NCBI GenBank assembly: GCA_965221775.1 | Contig: CBDCSU010000004.1 | Span: 704,001-768,000, forward strand | Source of the DNA: Candidatus Latescibacterota bacterium | Lineage (GTDB): Bacteria > Latescibacterota > UBA2968 > UBA8231 | DNA: 64,000 nucleotides | Reading direction: 5' to 3' | Part shown: positions 8,399 to 17,639 of the stretch, one piece after another | Layout: every line of letters starts with the position of its first letter | Numbering within the stretch: position 1 is the stretch's first letter | The notes under the pieces: model-generated | The model's database searches: none | What the model was told of the DNA's origin: nothing | The model's input: the letters and a program-made list of their open reading frames with translations, nothing else | Translations under genes and position numbers: made by a program

Positions 8399-11300
8399 CT
8401 AGTCCCGGGAGGCCGGGACCACCTGTAGGAGCTGGCGCTGTCGCAGGTCTCCATCCTCCAGGTACACACAGACGTACAGTCCAGGGGAGACCAACCGCCC
8501 CCCGCGGTCGGTTCCATCCCAGGCGAGGGTGCGGCTCTCCGGACCTGCCGTCAGTCTCTCCACCAACTCGCCGGCCGTGTTGAAGATCCGTATCTCGACT
8601 CTTCCCGAGCCACGGAACCAGAAGGTCGTAGGCTGTCCCCGGGAGACCGGATTGGGATAGTTGTAGACCGCGATCTGCTCGTCGATCACCTGCGCCGTCA
8701 GGATCACGGTCCGGGTGCCCCCGTCGCCGGTCAGGCTCAGGACCTCCTGAACCTTCTCCGACTTCCCCGATAGACCGTCGTCGATGGCCGACCTGAAGAG
8801 GACCCACACCTCCGCCGTGTCCCCGGATGCCAGGCTGAGGGACGACATTTCCGCGGCGAACTGGCGGGTCCCTTCGACCGTCGGTGGATCCAGGTTGAGC
8901 CGTGCATCACCGCGGTTGTGCACCGGCAGGGCCTTCCACAGGGAGTCGCCCACGGAGACGCCGCCGAAGTCCAGGGTATCGGCAAGCACTTCCAGCACCG
9001 GCGCTACGCCCGTGAGCGTGAAGGAGACCTGGATTGTCGGTTGGTCGGGATCATTGCTCTCTATGGTCAGGATGCTCACATGCGGGCCGAGCCGACCGGG
9101 AGAGACGGGGACCGTGACCTCGCTGCTTTCCCCGGGTTCCAGGGGCCAGGGAAAGCGGTCTTCCAGAGCCTCCATGGGCTCACCGTCCCAGAGGAGTTCC
9201 TCGATGACCAGCTCCGCCTCACCCGCGTTGGTAAGGGTCAAGATCACCGGGACGGCCTCATCTGCCCTGACCTCGCCCAATTCCACCAGGCGCGGCTCGA
9301 CTTCCAGGCGCGGCTTGATTCCACGCCCCCTCAGCGGCAAGTCGAGGAAGCTGTTGTCAGGGTCGTTGCTGGTCAGTCCCAACGATGCCTCCACGGTACT
9401 GGCGTCGCGAGGACTGAAGGTGATCACCACGGTCGTATCCCTCCCCGGTTCCAGGTCAAAGGACTGAGGCGATACCCTGAATTGCTCGTCCGTCGTGGCT
9501 GCGTCCACACCCAGCAGACCTGTGCCGCTGTTTTCCACGACCAGAGTCCTTTCGGCGGACTTGCTCACGGCCACTTCTCCGAAGAAGACCGTGTCGGAGA
9601 CCGATACCTGGATCTGCGGCTTCTGGCTGCCGGCCTTGAGATCGATGATGATCACCGGCGCATTGGGATCGTTGGTTGTGAGCACCAGCGCCGCCTCAAT
9701 CCTCGGGAAGTTGGTCGAGGGATCGAATTTCAGCTCCATGACCAGACTGTCACCCGGACTGATGCTGATCCCGGGGCCGGGGCTCTCCACCTCGAACTCC
9801 GGTTTGGTCGTGATGAGCTGATTGATCACCAGATCGGCCTCGCCCCTGTTGTAGAGCACCAGTTCTCTGTGGACAGGGTCGCCGGAAATGCCGAAATCGA
9901 CGCGATCGGAGGACAGATCTATCTCGGGGATCAGCTGGGACATGACAATGCTCACGCTATCGCTCTTGAGCCCCGGGGCGGAGGCCTTCACCGTGGCGAT
10001 TCCGGGCAACGTGCCCGCTGTAAAGGAGACGCTGGCCATGCCCTGCACTACTACGGCGCTGGATACCTCCAGGTGGCCCAGATCCTCGGGACCTTCGACA
10101 ACCGCAAAGGACACCTCCGTGCTGTTGTCGGTCTTGAGCCGCCCCCCGAGGGAGTCCTGCACCACGGCGGTCAGGATCGATCTGTCCTCGCCGTTGGCTC
10201 TGATGCTCGCGGATGAGGCCTCCAGGACGATCTTGAACCGGCTCAGGACGATACCGAAGACCCCTCCACCAACGGTGCCGGCGTAGACTTGCCGGGGGCG
10301 AGAGCGCCCCATTGCCACGGTCAGCACATCGGGGTGGGTCAGACCCGGCTCGACGGGCTGCCAGCTGTCGCCGCGGTCCAGGCTGCGGAAGACCCCGCCG
10401 CGAGTGCCGGCGTACAGGTGCAGTGAATCGGCCGGGTCCAAGGCCAGGGCGCGAATCGACGAAGGGGTCAGCCCCGCGTTGATCTCCTCCCAGGTGAGGC
10501 CGTGGTCCAGGCTGCGGAAGATCCCGCCGTCGGTGCCGGCAAAGACGGCACGGCCCGCCGCATCCAGGGCCAGGGCCCGCACCGACAATCCCCCCATGCC
10601 GTCGCTCGAGGGCGTCCAGCTCGAGCCCCCGTCGCCGCTGCGGAAGACCCCCTCCCCGGTGCCCGCAAAGACCAACTCCCCCCCCGGATGCAGCGCCAGG
10701 GACTGCACCGACAGGGCAGCCAGCCCCTGGCTGCCGGACGACCAGCTCAATCCCCCGTCGAGGCTGCGATAGACCCCCTTCTCCGTGCCCGCAAAGACGG
10801 CCGTCCCCGTCGCCCCCACCGCCAGGGCTTGCACGGACAGAGTATCGAGTGCCTCGGCGGCTGACGACCATGTCGAGCCGCCATCGAGGCTGCGGTAGAC
10901 CCCGGCATGAGTGCCGGCGAACATCCGTGGAGGCGAACCCGGGTCGACCAGGAGCGCATGGACTTCCAGACCGGCCTGACTGCGCGTCCAGGAGGCGCCT
11001 CCGTCGAGGCTGTTGAAGATCCCGGACTCGCCCCCCGCGTACAGGCGCAGCGCATCGGAAGGATCCACGGCCAGTGTCCGCACCGACAAGGCGGACAGAC
11101 CTTTGTTGGCCTCCCCCCAACTCGTCCCCCCATCGAGGCGGAAGACCCCGGCCCGGGTACCCGCAAACAGCCGCGAGCCGTCGAGCGGGTCCAGCCACAA
11201 GGCTCGCACGGGCACCGTGGGCAAACCCTGGTCGAGAGCGGTCCACGTAGCGCCCCCGTCGAGGCTGCGGAAGACCCCGGACTCGCCCCCCGCGTAGAGC

Positions 11301-12082
11301 CGCAGGCCATCAGAGGGGTCGACGCCTACAGCGTTGACGGCTGACAGCCGCAACCCCTCGCCGACCGGCTCCCAGCTGGCGCCCCGGTCGCTGCTGCGGA
11401 ACAGGCCGGCGTCCGTACCGGCGTACACCCATCCCGAGCCGCCGTCCACGGCCAGGACCCATACCCCGGCCCCGCCCAGCCCCTCGCTGGCGCCGGTCCA
11501 CGTCTGCCCCCTGTCCTCGCTCAGGAAGACGCCCGCCTCTGTACCCGCGTACAGGCGCAGCGTATCGGCGGCCTCCACGGCCAGGGCTCGCACGGGACCG
11601 ACCAGCCCCTGGCTGGAGATGTTCCACTCCAACCCCCCGTCCGCAGTCGACAGGAAGCCGGCGTCCGTGCCCGCGTAGGCGCGCAGGGTGTCGCGGGGAT
11701 CGATGGCCAGGGCCGCCACCGACAGGAGCTCCAACTCCTCCCCGGTGGACCACGTCGAGCCACCATCGAGGCTGCGGAACAGCCCGGCATCGGTGCCGGC
11801 CAACAGGTACAGAGGACGTTCCGGATCCACGGCGAAGCTCCGCACGACCCGGCCGGCGATGCCGGAGGCGATCCAGGTCGCGCCCCCGTCGAGGCTGCGG
11901 AAGACCCCATCCATCGTGCCGGCATAGACGACGTGCCCGGCGTCAGGCCGCGTTGCCAGGGCCGCCACCGGCCCCCCGAAGAGACCGAACGGACTCCAGA
12001 CATTCTCCGCGCCCCAGGCCCTCGGCGCGGCTCCGAGGAGCATCATGCTCGCGAGCAGGCTTCGCCTCCCCCGCCCCGTCAC
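8399..12082 (-). CDS. Secreted BNR/VPS10-type beta-propeller protein (14 blades) + Big_1 Ig + four ASH/choice-of-anchor D domains + FlgD/T9SS-like CTD
   Basis: Signal peptide; ~14 repeats V.ALAVDP..LYAGT..GVFRSLDGG.TW; ASIRANGEDRSILTAVVQD; repeated DFG.V..N.G.A.L..TNDP; C-terminal YNYPNP..IFNTAGELV..WDGTD..VSPGLY. Confidence 0.85.
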   Translation of the reverse strand: MTGRGRRSLLASMMLLGAAPRAWGAENVWSPFGLFGGPVAALATRPDAGHVVYAGTMDGVFRSLDGGATWIASGIAGRVVRSFAVDPERPLYLLAGTDAGLFRSLDGGSTWSTGEELELLSVAALAIDPRDTLRAYAGTDAGFLSTADGGLEWNISSQGLVGPVRALAVEAADTLRLYAGTEAGVFLSEDRGQTWTGASEGLGGAGVWVLAVDGGSGWVYAGTDAGLFRSSDRGASWEPVGEGLRLSAVNAVGVDPSDGLRLYAGGESGVFRSLDGGATWTALDQGLPTVPVRALWLDPLDGSRLFAGTRAGVFRLDGGTSWGEANKGLSALSVRTLAVDPSDALRLYAGGESGIFNSLDGGASWTRSQAGLEVHALLVDPGSPPRMFAGTHAGVYRSLDGGSTWSSAAEALDTLSVQALAVGATGTAVFAGTEKGVYRSLDGGLSWSSGSQGLAALSVQSLALHPGGELVFAGTGEGVFRSGDGGSSWTPSSDGMGGLSVRALALDAAGRAVFAGTDGGIFRSLDHGLTWEEINAGLTPSSIRALALDPADSLHLYAGTRGGVFRSLDRGDSWQPVEPGLTHPDVLTVAMGRSRPRQVYAGTVGGGVFGIVLSRFKIVLEASSASIRANGEDRSILTAVVQDSLGGRLKTDNSTEVSFAVVEGPEDLGHLEVSSAVVVQGMASVSFTAGTLPGIATVKASAPGLKSDSVSIVMSQLIPEIDLSSDRVDFGISGDPVHRELVLYNRGEADLVINQLITTKPEFEVESPGPGISISPGDSLVMELKFDPSTNFPRIEAALVLTTNDPNAPVIIIDLKAGSQKPQIQVSVSDTVFFGEVAVSKSAERTLVVENSGTGLLGVDAATTDEQFRVSPQSFDLEPGRDTTVVITFSPRDASTVEASLGLTSNDPDNSFLDLPLRGRGIKPRLEVEPRLVELGEVRADEAVPVILTLTNAGEAELVIEELLWDGEPMEALEDRFPWPLEPGESSEVTVPVSPGRLGPHVSILTIESNDPDQPTIQVSFTLTGVAPVLEVLADTLDFGGVSVGDSLWKALPVHNRGDARLNLDPPTVEGTRQFAAEMSSLSLASGDTAEVWVLFRSAIDDGLSGKSEKVQEVLSLTGDGGTRTVILTAQVIDEQIAVYNYPNPVSRGQPTTFWFRGSGRVEIRIFNTAGELVERLTAGPESRTLAWDGTDRGGRLVSPGLYVCVYLEDGDLRQRQLLQVVPASRD

Positions 12083-13680
12083 GGCGGTTCCGCCTGTCCC
12101 CTCAGCAGCTCGAAGAGGCGGTTGCTCCCTTCTCCCTTCTGCAAGTACTCCAGCTGCGACAGTCCGGCAAGGTCCACCCGGCGGCCGGCCAGCTCGATGG
12201 GATCGCCGCGGCTGAGTCTGGCCGCTTCGCGATAGCAGTTGGCAGCGCCGGTGAAGTCACCGGAGAGTTCCGACAGCAGGCCGGCCACGTAGTAGGTGTG
12301 GGGGTAGCTGGGGTCCCGTCGCGCGGCTGTCAACAGCCACCGCTCCGAGTGGGAGGTCTCGCGGCTCTCCAACCGGCTGTAGGCCCTCGCCACCGCGGCG
12401 ACGGCCTCGGGGTGGTGCTCCAGGGCAAAGGAGCCCCGCAACCGCACCCGCTCCTCCAGCAGAATCTCAAAGGCATATCGCCCCTCGAGCAGATAGCCGC
12501 TGCCCTCAAGCCAGTCCGCGGCGGGCTGGAAGGGAAAGGCGACCCCGTGGTCGGACAGGTGCAGATCATCCGCACGGACCTCTTCCAGAACCACCCCGTC
12601 GGGGCCGTAGAGGATCAGTTTCAGACGTCGATGGTCCCAATCCCGGGCCGAGGTGGGATAGCGAAGCTCGATCTGCAACAGGGCTTCATCCGCCGGCCGC
12701 AGACGGGCCTCGGGGACCGGCTCTCCGTCGCGCTGCAGGCGCCAGCCATCGAAGTGGAGCGGAAACTGGTAGCGCCCCCAGGAGGCGGCCACCCCCAGGG
12801 TCCTGGTGTCGCCCAGGAAAGGCCGGTCCTCCACGATGTACTGCGCGGTGCCGCGGCCCGAGCCCACGGTCAGACCCAGGCGCCAGCTCGTGCCCACGCC
12901 CGAGGTCCGCTCGATGGCGCCGCCCAGGCTCAGGTCGAGAGGCCCTGGCGCCAGGGGCGCGCTGACACCAAGGGTCCAGCGCCCGCTGCGCGGCTGACAG
13001 CCGATCGACAGCAGCGGGCCTTTCCTCACCACGGCCGCGCTCAGAATCGGGCTCCATGGCGCTCCGTCCAAGGTCGACCAGGCATTGCGCACCGTCGCTC
13101 CCAGGCGCAGTTCGAAGGCTTGGTCGAGTGCCAGGGCAGCCAGTCCTCCGACGTCCAGCCCGACGTCACTCCAGCTCTGGCTGCCGGTATCGACCCGGAG
13201 CCAGTGGATCCCCAGACCGAGTTGGGGCGGGCCTGCATCGGTCCAGGGCCGCAGCCCCTCAAAAGCCTTGCCCGCTGCCATCACGACCCGGGCTTCGCCA
13301 TGGGATCCGTAGCCCTCGATATTCCCTTGAGGATCGGACCGCAGCACGCGGCTGGTGCCCAGGCGATCCAGGCCGATTCCCCCGCCCCACGAGTTGTTGC
13401 TGCGCACGAGACTGACCAGGTCGTGGCCGAGGTCCAGCCCGTCGAATACCTCGGCGTGCGAGAAGGCCGCGTGGTACCGTCGCTCCAGCCTTGCCAGACC
13501 CGCTGGATTCCAGTAGAGCCCACCCTGGTCCGCGGCCACCGCCACAGAAGCCGGCCCCAGCACCGCTGCCCGTCCCCAGGCCGCGGGATGGGCGAAGGCC
13601 CCCTCGACCTGGCCCTGGACCCGCCCGGCGCTCACCAGCAGGAGCGGCCCGGCCCACAGCAAGGTCCGGGCGCGGCTCAT
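12079..13680 (-). CDS. PorV/PorQ (UPF0164)-like outer-membrane barrel protein with C-terminal TPR-like region
   Basis: Signal peptide; GRAAVLGPASVAVAADQGGLYWNPAGLARL; amphipathic strands; C-terminal DPSYPHTYYVAGLLSELSGDFTGAANCYREA. Confidence 0.7.
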   Translation of the reverse strand: MSRARTLLWAGPLLLVSAGRVQGQVEGAFAHPAAWGRAAVLGPASVAVAADQGGLYWNPAGLARLERRYHAAFSHAEVFDGLDLGHDLVSLVRSNNSWGGGIGLDRLGTSRVLRSDPQGNIEGYGSHGEARVVMAAGKAFEGLRPWTDAGPPQLGLGIHWLRVDTGSQSWSDVGLDVGGLAALALDQAFELRLGATVRNAWSTLDGAPWSPILSAAVVRKGPLLSIGCQPRSGRWTLGVSAPLAPGPLDLSLGGAIERTSGVGTSWRLGLTVGSGRGTAQYIVEDRPFLGDTRTLGVAASWGRYQFPLHFDGWRLQRDGEPVPEARLRPADEALLQIELRYPTSARDWDHRRLKLILYGPDGVVLEEVRADDLHLSDHGVAFPFQPAADWLEGSGYLLEGRYAFEILLEERVRLRGSFALEHHPEAVAAVARAYSRLESRETSHSERWLLTAARRDPSYPHTYYVAGLLSELSGDFTGAANCYREAARLSRGDPIELAGRRVDLAGLSQLEYLQKGEGSNRLFELLRGQAEPP

Positions 13681-15587
13681 TCGAACAGTCCCACCAGGTC
13701 GTCCCTCCCCAGCATTCTCGCCAGGACCGCAGCCCTGTGGGCATTCTCCGCGGACAGCCCGCCGCGCCGCGCGATGCGCAGCATCTCCACCCAGGCCTGT
13801 CCAACCGTCACCGGCACCAACACTTCGACCACGGCGCCGGGATCGACCTGCAGACGCTCGACGTAGTCGGCCTGGCCGGGACGCAGGACGTGCAGCTTGT
13901 AGGTCCCGGGCAGGAGAGTCGAGAGGCGGATGGGCAAACGGTCGCCGAAGCGGTTCTCCTCGGTCGCCTCCTGAAGGAAGAGCCCGGCCTCAAAGGCGAC
14001 CTCATCCCCCAGATCGAGGGTATCGACCCGCGCTCTGACGCGCAGTCGGGCCGGCTCCTGCTCGAGGAGGATCCGCACCGTGGTTTCGTCGACCACCTCG
14101 ATACGCTCGGGGGCGACCGGATAGCCGACCCCGTACTGAGCCGCCCGCAGCTGCAGCAGCGTCAGGTTCGCCCGACCGCGGATCAGGCGCTCGTCGAAGA
14201 CCACGAGGCCCCTTGAATCCGCCCGGCCCAGCAAGAGATCCGCGGCCCACAGCTCGATACCGGGCCAGGGTACCCCCTGCCCGCCGACCACGGTCACTGC
14301 CACGGGCTTGGGCTCGAACACGACCCGCAGATCGTAGACGCCCGGCTCGCGAGACTCGGTGGCAAAGCGGCCCCGCTCGAAGGCGAGCCCCAACTGGACG
14401 AGGCTGATCGCTTCGAGTTCGTCGGGGGCCAGTCGCTTTCTGACCCGCACCCGCCCCCGGCGGTTCGTGGTGCCGGCCGCCTCTCCGTTGAGCAGGACGT
14501 CGACGTCGGGGAAGAGCCGCCCGGAGGTGTCCAGCACCTCGATGGTGAACAGGTTCTCGGCCGGGCGCAGCAGAACCGACCTGTGGATGCGGCCCGGACG
14601 GAGCATCTCCACCACGGGCGAGGTCGGACTGGCTTCGTACCCGGGCCGCACCACGGCGAAGGTGTGGCGGCCAGGCTCCACGAGAAAGACCCCCGGGGTC
14701 ACTCCGAGGGTGTCGCCGTCGAGCACGACGATCGAGCCGGGGGGGTCGGAGTCCACCTGGAGGAGGGGCGGCACGATCGAAAAGCTGCGCACGGCCTCCT
14801 CATTCGACAGCCGGGGCCCCTCCCCGTCCGGGTCGGTCACCCGGACCGCGACCTCCCCGAGGCCGACGTGACCATCGCCGTCTTCATCGCGGCCCGTCTT
14901 CAGCTCCTGGAGCAGGCGCGCAGTGAACCCGCCGTCCACGGCGGGCCGGCGGCCGACTTCGACCACGCCAGCGCTCTCCGGAAGGAAGTCCCCCCGGTGT
15001 CCGCCGGGGGTGAAGCCGTCGTACTCCCGGTCGTCCGCCGGCGAATCGGGGCTGGTGAAACCCTTGCCGCCCATGTCCCCGCTGTACGAGGCGTCGATGA
15101 CCGCGCAGGTCCGAGTCGTTCTCAGGCGCTGGAGGAACTGGCCTATCTCGTCGTCGCGCAGGAAGCTCTCCCCCGTCGCCCCCTGGGCGTCAAAGGGCAA
15201 GAGGCACTCGTCGTACTGATCGACCTGCTCGTCGAGAAACAGATCGTCCTCGAGGCGGGAACCGCGCCCCGAGAAGTAGAACAGGAACAGATCGTCCCCG
15301 CCCACCTGGCTGATGAGCGCCTGAAAGGCCCGATGAATGCCCTCGTAGGTGGCGGCCGAATCGGTGAGAGCCACGATGCGGTCGAACCCGCCTTCAACCG
15401 TCAGGAAGCGCTGCAGAGCGCCGACTTCGGACACCGGGTGCTCCAAGGGCGGCACGCCCGATCTCTCGGGATAGGCCGCCACGCCCACCAGCATGGCCCA
15501 GCGTTGAGCGCTCCAGGAGGCTTGACACAGACCCAGGAGCAGGACCGCCACAGCCATTCCCCTCCGCCGGCCGCCCATGGGACTCAC
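13677..15587 (-). CDS. Exported caspase-like (C14, catalytically degenerate) + PEGA domain protein
   Basis: Signal peptide; RWAMLVGV..Y, LTDSAAT, LFYFSGRG, DECLLPFD, IDASYSG; PEGA VDSDPPGSIVVLDG..LGVTP; start uncertain (GTG 15587, ATG 15578 or 15557). Confidence 0.8.
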   Translation of the reverse strand: MSPMGGRRRGMAVAVLLLGLCQASWSAQRWAMLVGVAAYPERSGVPPLEHPVSEVGALQRFLTVEGGFDRIVALTDSAATYEGIHRAFQALISQVGGDDLFLFYFSGRGSRLEDDLFLDEQVDQYDECLLPFDAQGATGESFLRDDEIGQFLQRLRTTRTCAVIDASYSGDMGGKGFTSPDSPADDREYDGFTPGGHRGDFLPESAGVVEVGRRPAVDGGFTARLLQELKTGRDEDGDGHVGLGEVAVRVTDPDGEGPRLSNEEAVRSFSIVPPLLQVDSDPPGSIVVLDGDTLGVTPGVFLVEPGRHTFAVVRPGYEASPTSPVVEMLRPGRIHRSVLLRPAENLFTIEVLDTSGRLFPDVDVLLNGEAAGTTNRRGRVRVRKRLAPDELEAISLVQLGLAFERGRFATESREPGVYDLRVVFEPKPVAVTVVGGQGVPWPGIELWAADLLLGRADSRGLVVFDERLIRGRANLTLLQLRAAQYGVGYPVAPERIEVVDETTVRILLEQEPARLRVRARVDTLDLGDEVAFEAGLFLQEATEENRFGDRLPIRLSTLLPGTYKLHVLRPGQADYVERLQVDPGAVVEVLVPVTVGQAWVEMLRIARRGGLSAENAHRAAVLARMLGRDDLVGLFE

Positions 15588-17614
15588 GGCTGCTTGAGAC
15601 GGTACTTGCGGATCAGGTCGTAGAGGCGGCTGCGCGACAGGCCCAGATCGCTGGCCACGATTTCCAGCTGCCAGTCCTTCTCCTCGAGCTTGTCCAGGAT
15701 CCACTTGCGATCGAATTGCTCTCGGGCCTTGCGCAAGGTCAGGTCCCTGTCGAGGTCGAGCTCCGCCGCTTCCCCGGGCTCCTTCTGCAGGCGGCCCCAG
15801 AGATGGAGGACCTGCAGGCGCTCTCCCCCGGCCATGACCCGGGCGCTGGTCAACTGATTCTCCAGCTCGCGGATATTCCCCGGCCACTGATAGCCTCTGA
15901 GCAGCTCCATGGCTGCCGGGTCGATCCCGGCGGGGTAGTCGGCCAGGAAGTGCTCCACCAGCAGCGGGACATCGATGAGCCGCTGACGCAAGGGCGGCAG
16001 GGGGATGACCAACACGTAGAGGCGGTAGAACAGATCGGCTCGGAACCGCCCCTCGGCCACTTCCTTTTCCAGGTCCCGGTTGGTGGCGCAGACCAGGCGC
16101 ACGTCCACCGGGCGCGGGTGCTCCTCCCCCACCCGCTGTACCTCCCCCTCTTGCAGCACCCGCAACAGCTTCACCTGGGTGGACGGGCTGGTCTCGCTGA
16201 TCTCGTCGAGGAGCAGAGTGCCCCCGGTCGCTGCCTCGAACAGTCCCTTGCGATCCTCGAAGGCCCCGGTGTAGGCCCCCTTCTTGTGACCGAACAGTTC
16301 GCTCTCGAGCAGACTCTCGGTGAGGGCGCCGCAGTTGATGCCGAGGAACCGCCCGTGGCGCCGGGCGCTCGTGCGGTGGATTGTGCGCGCCACCTCCTCC
16401 TTCCCCGTGCCCGTCTCACCGTGCACCAGTACGGTGATGTCCGACTCACTCGCTTTCTGCATGAGGACGAAGACGCGACGCATGGTGCGGCTCTGACCGA
16501 TGATGTGGGGGAATGGCTGCTCCCCCTGGGGCACGGGTTCGACCTGGGGCAGATGCACACCCCCGCCCGCCGGAACCGGAAACTCTTCGGCTCCGGTTCC
16601 ACCCCGATCCTCTGCGCGCCGGAGGGCTTCTTCCAGCAGTCTGTTGCGAATGCGGCAGAGACCATCGTCCCCCCGGCGAATGGCTCCCAGCAGTTCCAGT
16701 TGGGTAACCAACGGGGAGGTGCGGTCGTGGCGCGGTTGCTTTCTGCCCTCGAGTAGAGCTCTGAGCCACTGGGAGCCCTCGGCAGAACGCGTGAGACCCG
16801 CCACGACCCGCTGGAGATTGTCGTCGCCGCGGCTGAGCAAGCGCTCCGCTGCCTCTCCGACCTTCAGGTCGGGATCGGCTCCGAGGAGCACACAGAGGCG
16901 CGCCGTGAGATTGGGGTGCCCCTGGGCCCACTCGTGGACCGGGCCGGTGAGAGCCCCCCCTCTGGCGTCGGCTCGCTCGAGGAGTTGCAGCATCTGCCCA
17001 ACCCCCTCGATATCGAAGTCGGTGGTGTAGACCTCCTCGCTGATGTTGAAGGGCGACAGACCGCTTTCGGGAGCGATGAGGGTTCGCGGATCCGTGGCCC
17101 CGGCAAGGACGAAGACGTAACGCTCGAACTCGGGCTGGGTAGCGCGTTCGTTGTACACCGTGCGGATGGTGCCGAAAAAGCCCTCCCGCCAGGGCTGGGG
17201 AACCGCCTCGAACTCGTCGAGACTCACGACGATGCGCTTCACCCCTGCGCAACCCGCTATGGTCTTGAGGTCCTGGTAGAACCCGATCGATTCGGCGCCG
17301 GCCTGCACCGTACTCCGCTCCGCCACGGACAGGGCCCCGGCAATGCGATCACCGACAAAGCCGTAGAGCTGGGCACATCCGGCGTCTTTCACCGGGGTCA
17401 GGTCGATCGGCACCGAGACGTACATATCGGCTGACAGACGGCGGTGCAGGTGGTACAGGAGGCTCGTCTTGCCCGTCTGGCGGGCCCCCAGGACGGTCAC
17501 GTAGTGGCCGCGCCGGACCAGTTCCAGCACTTCGTCGTCCACCGGTCTTTCCACGTAGAGGCTCTGCTCGGGATCGGCGATGGGGCCGCGCGTCTGGATC
17601 TTCCTGAGTGCCAT
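15584..17614 (-). CDS. sigma54-dependent enhancer-binding protein with N-terminal AAA_35/STAND-like ATPase and C-terminal Fis-type HTH
   Basis: N-terminal YVERPVD..GARQTGKTS, SLDEFE, SPFNI, GHPNLT; central HGETGTGKE, ESELFGHKKGAYTGA, LLDEI, KLLRVLQE, ATNRDL, FRADLFYRL, WPGNIRELEN; HTH ASDLGLSRSRLY. Confidence 0.92.
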   Translation of the reverse strand: MALRKIQTRGPIADPEQSLYVERPVDDEVLELVRRGHYVTVLGARQTGKTSLLYHLHRRLSADMYVSVPIDLTPVKDAGCAQLYGFVGDRIAGALSVAERSTVQAGAESIGFYQDLKTIAGCAGVKRIVVSLDEFEAVPQPWREGFFGTIRTVYNERATQPEFERYVFVLAGATDPRTLIAPESGLSPFNISEEVYTTDFDIEGVGQMLQLLERADARGGALTGPVHEWAQGHPNLTARLCVLLGADPDLKVGEAAERLLSRGDDNLQRVVAGLTRSAEGSQWLRALLEGRKQPRHDRTSPLVTQLELLGAIRRGDDGLCRIRNRLLEEALRRAEDRGGTGAEEFPVPAGGGVHLPQVEPVPQGEQPFPHIIGQSRTMRRVFVLMQKASESDITVLVHGETGTGKEEVARTIHRTSARRHGRFLGINCGALTESLLESELFGHKKGAYTGAFEDRKGLFEAATGGTLLLDEISETSPSTQVKLLRVLQEGEVQRVGEEHPRPVDVRLVCATNRDLEKEVAEGRFRADLFYRLYVLVIPLPPLRQRLIDVPLLVEHFLADYPAGIDPAAMELLRGYQWPGNIRELENQLTSARVMAGGERLQVLHLWGRLQKEPGEAAELDLDRDLTLRKAREQFDRKWILDKLEEKDWQLEIVASDLGLSRSRLYDLIRKYRLKQP

Positions 17615-17639
17615 GGATGCTCTCTTCGGTGGCTGGTGC

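Noticed and set aside
10270-11990. Recurrent ~130-bp DNA repeats (GAGGCTGCGGAAGACCCC...)
   Set aside because: Fully explained by the BNR blade repeats of the 8399-12082 protein.
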